DNA of 46,394 nt from Berkelbacteria bacterium GW2011_GWA2_35_9. Lineage in GTDB: Bacteria; Patescibacteriota; UBA1384; GWA2-35-9. The notes beneath the pieces were generated by a model. The model did not search any database. It had not been told where the DNA came from and saw nothing but the letters and a program-made list of their open reading frames with translations. Made by a program: the position numbers and the translations under genes. Within the stretch, counting starts at the first letter, position 1. Every line of letters starts with the position of its first letter. Of this stretch, positions 1 through 9,045 are shown in pieces. The DNA lies in NCBI GenBank assembly GCA_000991185.1, contig LBRB01000002.1:1-46394 (forward strand), in the 5' to 3' direction.

Positions 1-1130
1 AATGATAGGGTAATAGATTAACTTAGAAAGGAGTGTCTATGAAAGGATCGATTGGTGTTTCTACACATTTGAGATATATCTTGCCCCATCAAGATCGTTT
101 AGCAAAAATAGTCAAACTTTCTCCAGAAGGCAGTAAACGATTAAAGTGGATTGATTATTATCAAAAATGTAATAATGTTTCTTTAACCTGTCGTCATTTT
201 GGCATATCTCGAAGTTTGTTTTACAAATGGTTCAATCGTTTTAAACATCTGGGTCTTAGAGGATTGAATAATCAATCAACCAAACCAAACGCTGTCAGAC
301 TAAGAGAGATAGTTTGGAATGTTAGAAATAGAATAGAAACTTTGCGCAGAGATAATCCAGCTTGGAGTAAATATAAAATATCTTATCTACTCAAACGAGA
401 TGAAGGAATCATTATCTCGCCTTCATCAGTCAATCGTATCTTTCATGATAGGAATCTTTTTTGGTCTTCTCCTATATCCAAATCTGTTCGAGCAACCAAG
501 AGAAATTGGAAGATAAGGAGGATTAGAGCGCCTAAAGAACTTCGAGGATCAGCTCCTGGTTCGTTGGTTGAGATAGATGTTAAAGTGTTAAACAACCTTG
601 GTGCAACCAACTATCAATTCACCGCCATTGATACCTGTGTAAAGATGAAATACATCGAGATCTTTTCAACTAAAAGCGCTGTCTGTGGGCAGAGGTTTGT
701 TGAACATATGTTAAATCACTTTCCCTTTCGGGTTAGACATATCAATTCCGATAACGGTGGAGAGTTCCTATCTGAATGTCATGCTTACTTAGAAATGAGA
801 AAGATAACTCATTACTTCAGCCGAGCCAGAACGCCCAAAGACAACCCAATGGTAGAGAACACCATTAAAGCCGATGAGTATGAATTCTGGGTCTGGGGTA
901 ATCTAGCTACAACTGTTCAGGAGCTTAACAAAAAAGCCAAATTATGGATGGAGAAGTTCAATACCTACCGTCCCCATCAAGCACTTAATTATTTGACACC
1001 TATGGAGTATTATGAGAAAACATTATCAAGATAAAAAGTGTCCTCGATGTATTGGACCAGTGCAGGGTATTGCTTTTTTCTCAAAAGTATGCTATGATTT
1101 TAAAGTTGTGTTAATCTAATAGTCCATAGG
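1..1130 (+). mobile_element. IS481-like insertion sequence; left terminus at or beyond the window edge
   Basis: A single DDE transposase ORF is bracketed by imperfect inverted repeats. taatagattaac (11-22) matches the reverse complement of 1110-1121 (tattagattaac) at 11/12. Outer boundaries are approximate. Confidence 0.5.
39..1034 (+). CDS. IS481-family DDE transposase (HTH plus integrase-core/rve domain)
   Basis: N-terminal HTH-like region and a D..D..E pattern (VEIDVK, NSDNGGEF, ENTIKADEYEF). AGGAG at 29-33 sits 5 nt before ATG 39, which I prefer over GTG 33. Confidence 0.85.
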   Translation: MKGSIGVSTHLRYILPHQDRLAKIVKLSPEGSKRLKWIDYYQKCNNVSLTCRHFGISRSLFYKWFNRFKHLGLRGLNNQSTKPNAVRLREIVWNVRNRIETLRRDNPAWSKYKISYLLKRDEGIIISPSSVNRIFHDRNLFWSSPISKSVRATKRNWKIRRIRAPKELRGSAPGSLVEIDVKVLNNLGATNYQFTAIDTCVKMKYIEIFSTKSAVCGQRFVEHMLNHFPFRVRHINSDNGGEFLSECHAYLEMRKITHYFSRARTPKDNPMVENTIKADEYEFWVWGNLATTVQELNKKAKLWMEKFNTYRPHQALNYLTPMEYYEKTLSR

Positions 1131-1266
1131 ACTATTTTCCATCCACAGGATGGTATAGAATGAAGGTTCTCGAGTGTCGATTCTTGCATCTTCGTTCCAC
1201 CCACTAGTTGGGAACAAAGATTAAAGAGCGACATTTTTTAATATTAATAATCAATCGTTTGATTGA

Positions 1267-2484
1267 TTGTCAGGATTTATTTTGGCTTACAAGAGCTACA
1301 AAAAGAATTATTCTAGAGGTTTTAGTAATCAAACTCGATATCAAAACAATCGTGGGAGACGAAATTTTGTCAACCCGGGTTTAAAAATTGATATTAATCG
1401 ATTTATTAATCGTGCTCAAAACCTCGTATCTGAAGATACATATCAGTCAAAACATAAATTTAGTGATTTTGAAATCAACCCTATTCTTAAACAAAATATT
1501 TTATCAAAAAATTATGACTCCCCCACTCCAATTCAAGATCAAATTATTCCTTATGTATTACAACATCGAGATGTGATTGGTATTGCTAACACCGGCACTG
1601 GGAAAACTGCCGCTTTTCTAATTCCGTTGATAAATAAAATAATTCTCAATAAACAAGAAAAGATAATTATTATGGTTCCAACTCGTGAATTAGCTTTGCA
1701 AATTCAATCGGAATTATATTCATTTGGACGCAATCTCAATCTTAAAAGCGTTCTCTGTATTGGTGGCGCCAATATTAATTTACAAATTCGAGATTTACGC
1801 AGTAATCCAAATTTTATTATTGGAACCCCTGGTCGTCTGAAAGATTTGATTAAAAGAAAAGTTCTTTATTTAGGCAATGTAAATAATGTTGTTTTAGATG
1901 AAGCCGACAGAATGTTAGATATGGGTTTTATCCATGATATGAAAGAAATTTTATCATTGATGCCAACCCCAAGACAAACGCTTTTATTTTCAGCCACACT
2001 TTCATCTCAAATTGAACAAATTACGAAACAATTTTTAAGCAATCCCGTCAAAGTTTCAGTCAAAATTCGAGAAACCTTAGCTCATGTTGATCAAAATATT
2101 GTTAAGGTAACTGATCGCAACCATAAAATTGAAGCATTACATGATTTACTTAATCAACCTGAATTTGAAAAAGTATTAGTTTTTGGTGAAACAAAATATG
2201 GTGTTGAAAAACTTTCAAACGAACTCAAAGATCGTGGTTTTAAATCAACTGCTATTCATGGTAACAAAAGACAAGCCGCCAGACAGAAAGCCTTGAATCA
2301 ATTTAAAAGAAATGAAGTAAAAATTTTAGTTGCAACTGATGTCGCCGCTCGTGGATTAGATATCCCCCATGTAAGCCATGTCATTAATTTTGATGTTCCA
2401 GCTAGTTATGAAGATTATATCCATAGAATTGGCAGAACTGGACGGGCAGGTAATCCCGGGAAAGCATTAACATTCGTAAGTTAA
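1267..2484 (+). CDS. DEAD-box ATP-dependent RNA helicase (RhlE/CshA-like)
   Basis: Motifs TPIQ, ANTGTGKTAAF, PTRELA, DEADRML, SAT and HRIGRTGRAG. There is no in-frame ATG near the 5' end, so the start is TTG 1267 or TTG 1282. Confidence 0.9.
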   Translation: MSGFILAYKSYKKNYSRGFSNQTRYQNNRGRRNFVNPGLKIDINRFINRAQNLVSEDTYQSKHKFSDFEINPILKQNILSKNYDSPTPIQDQIIPYVLQHRDVIGIANTGTGKTAAFLIPLINKIILNKQEKIIIMVPTRELALQIQSELYSFGRNLNLKSVLCIGGANINLQIRDLRSNPNFIIGTPGRLKDLIKRKVLYLGNVNNVVLDEADRMLDMGFIHDMKEILSLMPTPRQTLLFSATLSSQIEQITKQFLSNPVKVSVKIRETLAHVDQNIVKVTDRNHKIEALHDLLNQPEFEKVLVFGETKYGVEKLSNELKDRGFKSTAIHGNKRQAARQKALNQFKRNEVKILVATDVAARGLDIPHVSHVINFDVPASYEDYIHRIGRTGRAGNPGKALTFVS

Positions 2485-2493
2485 ATATAAATT

Positions 2494-4278
2494 ATGGAAA
2501 TAAGAAATATTGCAATTATTGCTCATGTTGATCACGGTAAAACTACCTTAACTGATGCTATTATGCGTCAAACTGGAATGGTTGGTGAAAATAGTGAAAG
2601 CATGGATTCAAATGTGCTCGAAAAAGAACGAGGGATTACAATTTATTCAAAAAACACCTCTGTTATTTATCGTGATACCAAAATAAATATAGTTGACACG
2701 CCTGGTCATTCTGACTTTGGTAGTGAGGTCGAAAGAGTCTTGCGTTCAATTGACTCCGTTTTGTTAGTTGTAGATGCACAAGAAGGTCCGATGCCACAAA
2801 CACGATTTGTGTTAAAAAAATCATTAGAACTTGGTTTGCACCCAATAGTTGTGATTAATAAAATTGATAAACCAGCCGCTAATTCTGACTTAACTTATGA
2901 AAAAGTTTTTGAACTTTTTTACGATCTTGGTGCAACCGACGAGCAGCTCGATTTTTCAGTCGTTTACGCAATCGGTAAACTTGGAATTGCTAAAACAAAT
3001 CTAGACGATAATTCAACTGATCTCACTCCTTTACTAGATATAATTTTATTAAAAGTTCATCCAGCCAAAGCTGATTGTTCGGCTCAATTATTATTTCAAC
3101 CTTTTAATCTTGGCTACGATAATTACTTAGGAAGATTGGCAATCGGTCGAGTTTATCAAGGTAATCTCAAAACTGGTTCTCGAGTTATTCTTAAACAAGA
3201 AAATACCCCTGACCAAACTGGTACTATTACAAAAATTTATACTTTTTCTGGCATTCAAAAAAAAGAGATTGAAACCGCTGTTGCGGGAGATATTGTAATG
3301 ATCGCTGGTTTCCCAAATATAAATATTGGAGATACACTGTGTGATAATGAAAATCAAGAACCCCTACCAGCAATTACAATTGACGAACCGACAGTTTCTC
3401 TTCAATTTTTAGTCAATACTTCCCCGTTTGGAGGTAAAGAGGGTAAATTTGTAACTAGTACCCAACTTAGAGATCGGCTCAAAAAAGAACTTGAAATTAA
3501 TGTTGGTCTAAAAATTGATTTTGATTCTGATCGTTTTATGGTTTACGGAAGAGGAGAACTACATATTGCAATTTTACTAGAAAATTTGCGACGTGAAGAT
3601 TATGAACTTCAAGTTTCTCAACCACATGTAATTTACAAAAATATTGACGGGATAAAGAATGAACCTTTTGAAGAAGTAACGATTGATGTACCGCAAATAA
3701 TGTCTGGTGTAATTATTGATAAATTATCGAAACGAAAAGGAAAAATGACAGAGATTTCTAATGAAGGAAGCCAAACTAGAATGATATTTGAAATTCCAAC
3801 TCGTGGGTTTCTAGGATATCGAAATGAATTTATTATTGATACTAAAGGCGAAGGAATTATTTGTGCTAGAATGATCGGTTTCAAACCTTATGTCGGAGAG
3901 ATTGTTAAAAGTAATTTTGGCTCAATGATTTCTATGTCAAATGGCAAAGCACTTGGATATTCATTAGCAAATTTGGAGCCTCGTGGTAGTCTCTATATTG
4001 AACCAGGAACAGAAATTTATGAAGGAATGGTAATTGGTAATGTGACAAAAGGCAACGATCTAGTTGTCAATGCTATCAAAGGCAAACATTTAACCAATAT
4101 GCGTTCATCAGGAAATGATGATGCGATCATTCTTACTCCTCCAATCAAGGTTACGATCGAAAGAGGTTTAGAACTAGTCAAAAATGATGAGTATCTTGAA
4201 GTAACCCCAAAAAGTATTCGTCTACGGAAAATTTATCTCAACGAAAACGAACGCAAAAAATCTAACAACAATCGTTAA
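2494..4278 (+). CDS. typA: Translational GTPase TypA/BipA
   Basis: N-terminus [17 protein letters not shown], then DTPGH and NKID G-motifs. Its 594 aa is typical of BipA. Confidence 0.95.
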   Translation: MEIRNIAIIAHVDHGKTTLTDAIMRQTGMVGENSESMDSNVLEKERGITIYSKNTSVIYRDTKINIVDTPGHSDFGSEVERVLRSIDSVLLVVDAQEGPMPQTRFVLKKSLELGLHPIVVINKIDKPAANSDLTYEKVFELFYDLGATDEQLDFSVVYAIGKLGIAKTNLDDNSTDLTPLLDIILLKVHPAKADCSAQLLFQPFNLGYDNYLGRLAIGRVYQGNLKTGSRVILKQENTPDQTGTITKIYTFSGIQKKEIETAVAGDIVMIAGFPNINIGDTLCDNENQEPLPAITIDEPTVSLQFLVNTSPFGGKEGKFVTSTQLRDRLKKELEINVGLKIDFDSDRFMVYGRGELHIAILLENLRREDYELQVSQPHVIYKNIDGIKNEPFEEVTIDVPQIMSGVIIDKLSKRKGKMTEISNEGSQTRMIFEIPTRGFLGYRNEFIIDTKGEGIICARMIGFKPYVGEIVKSNFGSMISMSNGKALGYSLANLEPRGSLYIEPGTEIYEGMVIGNVTKGNDLVVNAIKGKHLTNMRSSGNDDAIILTPPIKVTIERGLELVKNDEYLEVTPKSIRLRKIYLNENERKKSNNNR

Positions 4279-4317
4279 TACAACCATTGCACACATCGTA
4301 GGTGTGCAATGGTTGTA
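4279..4317 (+). repeat. Palindromic hairpin family, copy 1 (16-bp stem, loop atcgtag)
   Basis: tacaaccattgcacac-atcgtag-gtgtgcaatggttgta. It shares the core cacacatcgtaggtgtg and the aacc/ggtt ends with the reverse complement of 13006-13038. Confidence 0.8.
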
Positions 4318-4323
4318 CAGAAG

Positions 4324-4351
4324 AAATCCCCCTTTTTTTCAAGGGGGATTT
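4324..4351. terminator. GC-rich hairpin between convergent typA and the nitronate-monooxygenase-like gene
   Basis: aaatccccc-N10-gggggattt, with a T7 run inside the loop. It lies 6 nt from the stop of the minus-strand gene. Confidence 0.5.
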
Positions 4352-4357
4352 AATAAT

Positions 4358-5746
4358 TTAGTTTTGTTTTAGTAAATATTTTATTACATCACTAACCGAA
4401 TAGCTGTCTTCGGCATTATTCATCAAATGTTTTAAAAAACTTAGATCATCGCCAAGCGTAATAATCGCATGTCGACCGTCGTCGCCTTTTCCAACAGTTT
4501 TCAATAGTCCATTACATAGACAACGCTTATCTTGAGTATCTTCAATTTTTCCACCTTTTTTTAGATAAACAGATAAAGGTTCAGCTGGACAGCGTGAATT
4601 GATGTTTCCGTCTTGATCACGATAATACGTAACCAAATATCCTTTATCGCACTTTCTTGTATCGTTTTCAAAAACACATCGTTCAGATAGAGTATTTATC
4701 ACTTCGGCAACTTTAAAAGGATAACCTGTTGGCGAAAAATCAGATGTTATAATAGTTTGAATATTGTTGTAACCATTTCGAAGTAATATTTTTTTTAGGT
4801 TTTGATCAATTTCAGATTCATTGCAAAGTGCAAATATCGATCCAATCTGCACTCCAGATGCGCCAAGCGAAATTGCATAAGCAATTTTTTCTGGTGATGC
4901 AAACCCTCCGGCTAACCAATAAGGAATATCTAAATCATTCAACTTTTCAAAATTAACGATATCTTTTTCGCCATAAATGAATTCGCCACCCTTATAACCT
5001 CTCGGGGGAGCATTATGTCCACCAGCACAAGGCAATTCAACCACAAACCCAAAAGGCTTCTCTTTAAAAGTTCTAACTAGAATATTAGCTAATAGGTTAG
5101 ATGAAATAATTGGCAAAAATTTAGGATAAAATAGATCAGATAATTGACCACCAAAATATTCTTTTGGATTAAATCTTAACCAATATTTATCTTTACTACC
5201 TTGAATATTTATATTGTATTTTACTTCTTCTCCTTCAATAATTGATCTGATTAATTCTGGAATCTGGTCAGGAATTCCTGCTCCCATAGTAATACAATCA
5301 ATTCCAGCTAATATTGCCCCAATGAGCGAATATATTAATGGCACCTGAATTTTTTCTAAATAATTAATACTAACTGGATTACTATGCCCCTGTTTTGCTA
5401 ACCAAACAACAGCATAATTTCCACAAATAGTTAAATCAACAAAATCAGTTGAAGGATTTAAACTTAATTTTGGAACTTTTTTATGATCAGAAGTTCCTTT
5501 TTCGCAATACCATTTCCTAATCACTCTTTCCGAGATCTCTGGAAATGGAAAATTATTTAACGCTCGTAAAAAATGTCCACCCGGATCTCCATTTTGGAGG
5601 TACCAAGCTAATATCCGATCGAGCGCAATACCGGAAATTGTTCCCATACATTGTTCATGTATAGAAACCGCTTGCGCCAGTTTATAACCACTAACCCAAG
5701 CGCCCATTCCGCCTTGAATAATCAATGGTTGCTTCATACCTCTCAC
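4358..5746 (-). CDS. Nitronate monooxygenase / NPD-family FMN oxidoreductase (long form with Cys-rich C-terminus)
   Basis: N-terminus PLIIQGGMGAWVS plus TIM-barrel FMN-binding-like segments (GAGIPDQ, WLAGGFASPEKI, GASGVQIGS). A strong SD aagaggaggtgagagg precedes the ATG. Confidence 0.7.
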   Translation of the reverse strand: MRGMKQPLIIQGGMGAWVSGYKLAQAVSIHEQCMGTISGIALDRILAWYLQNGDPGGHFLRALNNFPFPEISERVIRKWYCEKGTSDHKKVPKLSLNPSTDFVDLTICGNYAVVWLAKQGHSNPVSINYLEKIQVPLIYSLIGAILAGIDCITMGAGIPDQIPELIRSIIEGEEVKYNINIQGSKDKYWLRFNPKEYFGGQLSDLFYPKFLPIISSNLLANILVRTFKEKPFGFVVELPCAGGHNAPPRGYKGGEFIYGEKDIVNFEKLNDLDIPYWLAGGFASPEKIAYAISLGASGVQIGSIFALCNESEIDQNLKKILLRNGYNNIQTIITSDFSPTGYPFKVAEVINTLSERCVFENDTRKCDKGYLVTYYRDQDGNINSRCPAEPLSVYLKKGGKIEDTQDKRCLCNGLLKTVGKGDDGRHAIITLGDDLSFLKHLMNNAEDSYSVSDVIKYLLKQN

Positions 5747-5796
5747 CTCCTCTTAGATCCAGATTTGTCCCTATTATCAATGAACAACTATATTTA

Positions 5797-5825
5797 ATAG
5801 TACATTAGGTACTAAATATTATCAA
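5797..5825 (-). promoter_or_regulatory. Sigma70-type promoter TTGATA-17-TACTAT for the 4358-5746 gene
   Basis: Hexamers read on the minus strand. The spacer contains the palindrome tagtac-N5-gtacta. Confidence 0.5.
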
Positions 5826-5843
5826 TCATATATAAAGAAAGTA

Positions 5844-6134
5844 TCAATAGCCTCTATCCCCTTTCCTATATTTAGGTTTAAAGATCTTTTTGTTTTCTAA
5901 AAACAAATTGTTAATAACATTTGCAATTGCAACTCCTATTCGAGTTGAAGTATAGCCACCTGGTCCGGTGTTTACTTCAACTTTTTTTATACTCTTTTTA
6001 TCTTCATCAAACTTTGACTTTTTAAAAAGTTTTAAATACTGATCGGTTTTATCATTATTAAAATATTTATAACTTTTACTATTTTTTTCAACTATCAGTT
6101 TATTATTCTCAGTTGTATCAATCAATAATTTCAT
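5844..6134 (-). CDS. tsaB: Minimal TsaB-like protein (N-terminal half only, 96 aa)
   Basis: LLIDTT start and the GPGGYTSTRIGVAIAN motif match the TsaB/YeaZ N-domain. It overlaps the tsaE stop, so the two are translationally coupled. Confidence 0.6.
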   Translation of the reverse strand: MKLLIDTTENNKLIVEKNSKSYKYFNNDKTDQYLKLFKKSKFDEDKKSIKKVEVNTGPGGYTSTRIGVAIANVINNLFLENKKIFKPKYRKGDRGY

Positions 6135-6537
6135 AGTTAATCTTTCTCATATTTATATTTTTCTCATTATATTGAATATTAATCATAAGACTTCCTTTTG
6201 GCATATTAATTTTATCAGCCCACTCAACCAATACAATATTTTTTGCTTGATTCTCAATAATTTCTTTAATCACTATATCAGAATTATTTGACAACCGATA
6301 AGCATCAATATGTACTAAATTGCAATTTAATTGTGTTCGATACTTTTTATAAATTACAAAAGTTGGCGAAGTTACTGTTTCTTTCACTCCTAAATTCTTG
6401 GCTATCTGTTTAATAATAGTTGTCTTGCCAGCCCCTAGTTCACCCACAAAACCAACCACGACACCAGGTTGGAATTTTTTTGATATTATGTCCGTAAATT
6501 TTAGACTTTGATTAATGTTTTTAATATTAATTTCCAT
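6118..6537 (-). CDS. tsaE: tRNA t6A biosynthesis ATPase TsaE
   Basis: Walker A GELGAGKTT, then SPTF, HIDAYRL and VEW motifs typical of YjeE/TsaE. Confidence 0.85.
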   Translation of the reverse strand: MEINIKNINQSLKFTDIISKKFQPGVVVGFVGELGAGKTTIIKQIAKNLGVKETVTSPTFVIYKKYRTQLNCNLVHIDAYRLSNNSDIVIKEIIENQAKNIVLVEWADKINMPKGSLMINIQYNEKNINMRKINYEIID

Positions 6538-8228
6538 AATGTTGATAAGCCAAATATTGATAAAACTAATATATTATTATAACTATTTTTGCTCTCTTTA
6601 TCAATATTTTTCACGCCTTTAATTTCCACATCAGTTTTTTGATATTTTTCAATCAATTGATTATTTTTGTACTCAGATTTTGCAACTGAAATATTTTGAT
6701 TATTATTGCTATCTAAACTTATTATTGCGTCACTAACATTATTGAGATCTGAAATATTTTGATCGATCTCTTCTTCCCATATATATTGATTATTTTGATA
6801 AAAATATCTTAACCCCTCTCTGGCTTTTTCGTATTCTAATTTTGAAAGTATTTCATTATCATAATTAAACAATGTTAAACTTTCAAAACCCGAATTATTT
6901 AAATTTATTTTTGTCTCGTTGTATTTAAGAACAATTTTTTCTTTATTATTAATAATTTTATTTTGAAAAGTAAATTTTTTACCACTTTTATCTTTTAAGT
7001 AATAATTATTTAAATCAACCGACTGTTGGGATAAATTCTCAATGGTAATCTCTTCTTCCTCACCTGTTTTGGGATCTGGCAAAATAGAACTAATAATTAT
7101 ATTGGAAAGATTTTTGTATTGACATTTTAAATAATCATTTTTTTGACACAAAACTTCACCATCCCCACTATTCTTAAAAATAATTTTTAATATTTCAGTT
7201 AGGTTTGGATCAAGAATTCTAACCTCATCGCCCGAATCATTTAATATTATTTTATTATTTAATAATAATTGATAATTTTTTTTAGGTAAGATTGTAAGAT
7301 TATTTAATTGATATGGTTGGCTACCTCCATCTTTATCGTCGATATAATAATTTTCAAGGTCAATTATTTCATTTGAATTATTAAACAATTTTACATATTC
7401 ATTTTCATCATTATTTGGATTGGCTAAAATTTCTTTTATTTCTAAATTATCAAATTTTTTGAAAAAACAAATTCTATTTTCAATTAATTTTTCAATATTA
7501 TATTGATCGGTAATTGAGAATAATAAATTATCACAACTAGTCTTATTATAATTGAAACTAAAATTGATAATATCATCTTGAGTTTTTTGAGCTGATATTT
7601 CTTGATTTGAATAATTTAATTTAACTTCAAGATCTCGTTGATCATTATCAACAAATATATTTTCAAATTGAAAAATATAATCCTTATTAATTTCATAATT
7701 GACTTGATTATTTAACAATTTAATTTCTGGTATAAATATATTTTTTGCTTTAGGGGTGCCAAAATTATTATCGCAATTTTCTAAATTAATACAGACATAA
7801 CTAGACTGAAAAGATTCACTATTTAATCCATCTTTAATACCGATTCTCTGCATTGACCGGTATGGTTCAGTTGAACCAAAAAATGGGTCGTTATTATCAC
7901 CGATTGAGTCAATTTCTTCTAAATTGTCTAAATTATTTTTTAGTAATCTGATATACAATTCTGAGTTTGAAAGTGATAACGATGATGAAGTAAAATCTGG
8001 GTCAATATTTAATACTGATTGACCGTTTTTAAAGCTATAATCTTTATCATTATTCGCTACTAAAAAATAATCTTGACTTTTAATAACTCCCGAAAGAGCT
8101 ATGTATTTTTCTCCAGATGAAGTCAATAATGAAATTTGATATTCAGAAAGATCAATATCGTTATTTGAATTATTATACAATTCGAGCCATTCATCAGCAC
8201 TAGATGAGGTTGAGCCTGCCCAATTCAC
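6501..8228 (-). CDS. Lamin-tail-domain (LTD) repeat protein, probably exported
   Basis: Three LTD-like modules: EWLELYNNSNNDIDLSEYQI, NEYVKLFNNSNEIIDLENYYIDD and EEITIENLSQQSVDLNNYYLKD. It has a hydrophobic C-terminal segment. The listed start is GTG 8228, but the frame stays open upstream and encodes a signal peptide (see findings). Confidence 0.7.
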   Translation of the reverse strand: MNWAGSTSSSADEWLELYNNSNNDIDLSEYQISLLTSSGEKYIALSGVIKSQDYFLVANNDKDYSFKNGQSVLNIDPDFTSSSLSLSNSELYIRLLKNNLDNLEEIDSIGDNNDPFFGSTEPYRSMQRIGIKDGLNSESFQSSYVCINLENCDNNFGTPKAKNIFIPEIKLLNNQVNYEINKDYIFQFENIFVDNDQRDLEVKLNYSNQEISAQKTQDDIINFSFNYNKTSCDNLLFSITDQYNIEKLIENRICFFKKFDNLEIKEILANPNNDENEYVKLFNNSNEIIDLENYYIDDKDGGSQPYQLNNLTILPKKNYQLLLNNKIILNDSGDEVRILDPNLTEILKIIFKNSGDGEVLCQKNDYLKCQYKNLSNIIISSILPDPKTGEEEEITIENLSQQSVDLNNYYLKDKSGKKFTFQNKIINNKEKIVLKYNETKINLNNSGFESLTLFNYDNEILSKLEYEKAREGLRYFYQNNQYIWEEEIDQNISDLNNVSDAIISLDSNNNQNISVAKSEYKNNQLIEKYQKTDVEIKGVKNIDKESKNSYNNILVLSIFGLSTLWKLILKTLIKV

Positions 8229-8319
8229 TTCCGAGATAAAGAGATCTTTTTCTTGTGCATTCGCAAACTTAAAACTACATAATAAAGTTAGTACTAAAAA
8301 AAATAAACTCCAAGTATGA

Positions 8320-8841
8320 TTAATCTTGTGTATGAATATTTCTTAATTCCATTATTTTTGAAGCGATTTTTTGTGGATTTGGCATCCCTTTAATTATTGT
8401 CAACTCTTTCGTCCCAGCTGTTTGAATAATAATATTACCAAAATTAAAAAATGTTGGAATAAAACCAGTTACATGAGCATTGATATCTTCGATTTGTTCT
8501 AAATTAAATAATAATATTTTTCTTGAAAACATTCCTGATTGATCAATTGAAATTACATTATTTTTTGTAACCAAAAGAAGGTCATAATAATACGAAATCA
8601 ACTCGGATGTAAAAACCAACAAATAGATCATGTAGTAACAACTGGCTGAAAGAAGTAGAATGTTAATATTTGGATATTTGAAAATAGGAATTTCCAAAGA
8701 AAAAGCAATGATTACAATTATTATTGGTAAAATTGATAGAATTACAAAGACAATTATACTCGGTAAAATTGAAAGAATGTGCCTTCGACTTTTAATAATA
8801 ATCGATTCATCGTAAGCAATATTTTCAAATGTTGTAATCAT
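8320..8841 (-). CDS. Membrane protein with bacterial PH domain (YdbS/YdbT-like, bPH_2)
   Basis: Two N-terminal TM helices are followed by a PH-like soluble domain, an architecture typical of DUF304/bPH_2. Confidence 0.55.
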   Translation of the reverse strand: MITTFENIAYDESIIIKSRRHILSILPSIIVFVILSILPIIIVIIAFSLEIPIFKYPNINILLLSASCYYMIYLLVFTSELISYYYDLLLVTKNNVISIDQSGMFSRKILLFNLEQIEDINAHVTGFIPTFFNFGNIIIQTAGTKELTIIKGMPNPQKIASKIMELRNIHTQD

Positions 8842-8844
8842 AAT

Positions 8845-9045
8845 TTACCAATCTAGCAATAATATTCCTAACACCGATAAAGTTGTTATGACCGTTGCGA
8901 CACTCACAACCACCCGGATAATAATCGGCGATGAATCGCCCTTGATGCTTTTCTTCCAAATATAATTAATGTAATAAACTAAAATCAAATAAAAAACAAT
9001 TAAAAATAAAAAATATATTCCTAGAATTAATCTTAAATAATTCAT
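8845..9045 (-). CDS. Small two-TM membrane protein
   Basis: 66-aa hydrophobic ORF. Its ATG overlaps the ruvB stop (ATGA), which suggests coupling. Confidence 0.4.
   Translation of the reverse strand: MNYLRLILGIYFLFLIVFYLILVYYINYIWKKSIKGDSSPIIIRVVVSVATVITTLSVLGILLLDW

Noticed and set aside
4358-5746. Horizontal acquisition of the nitronate-monooxygenase-like gene (unusually strong SD, metabolic enzyme among housekeeping genes)
   Set aside because: I cannot compute composition or codon-usage statistics here, and the promoter is of the same type as native genes. There is no supporting evidence beyond impression.
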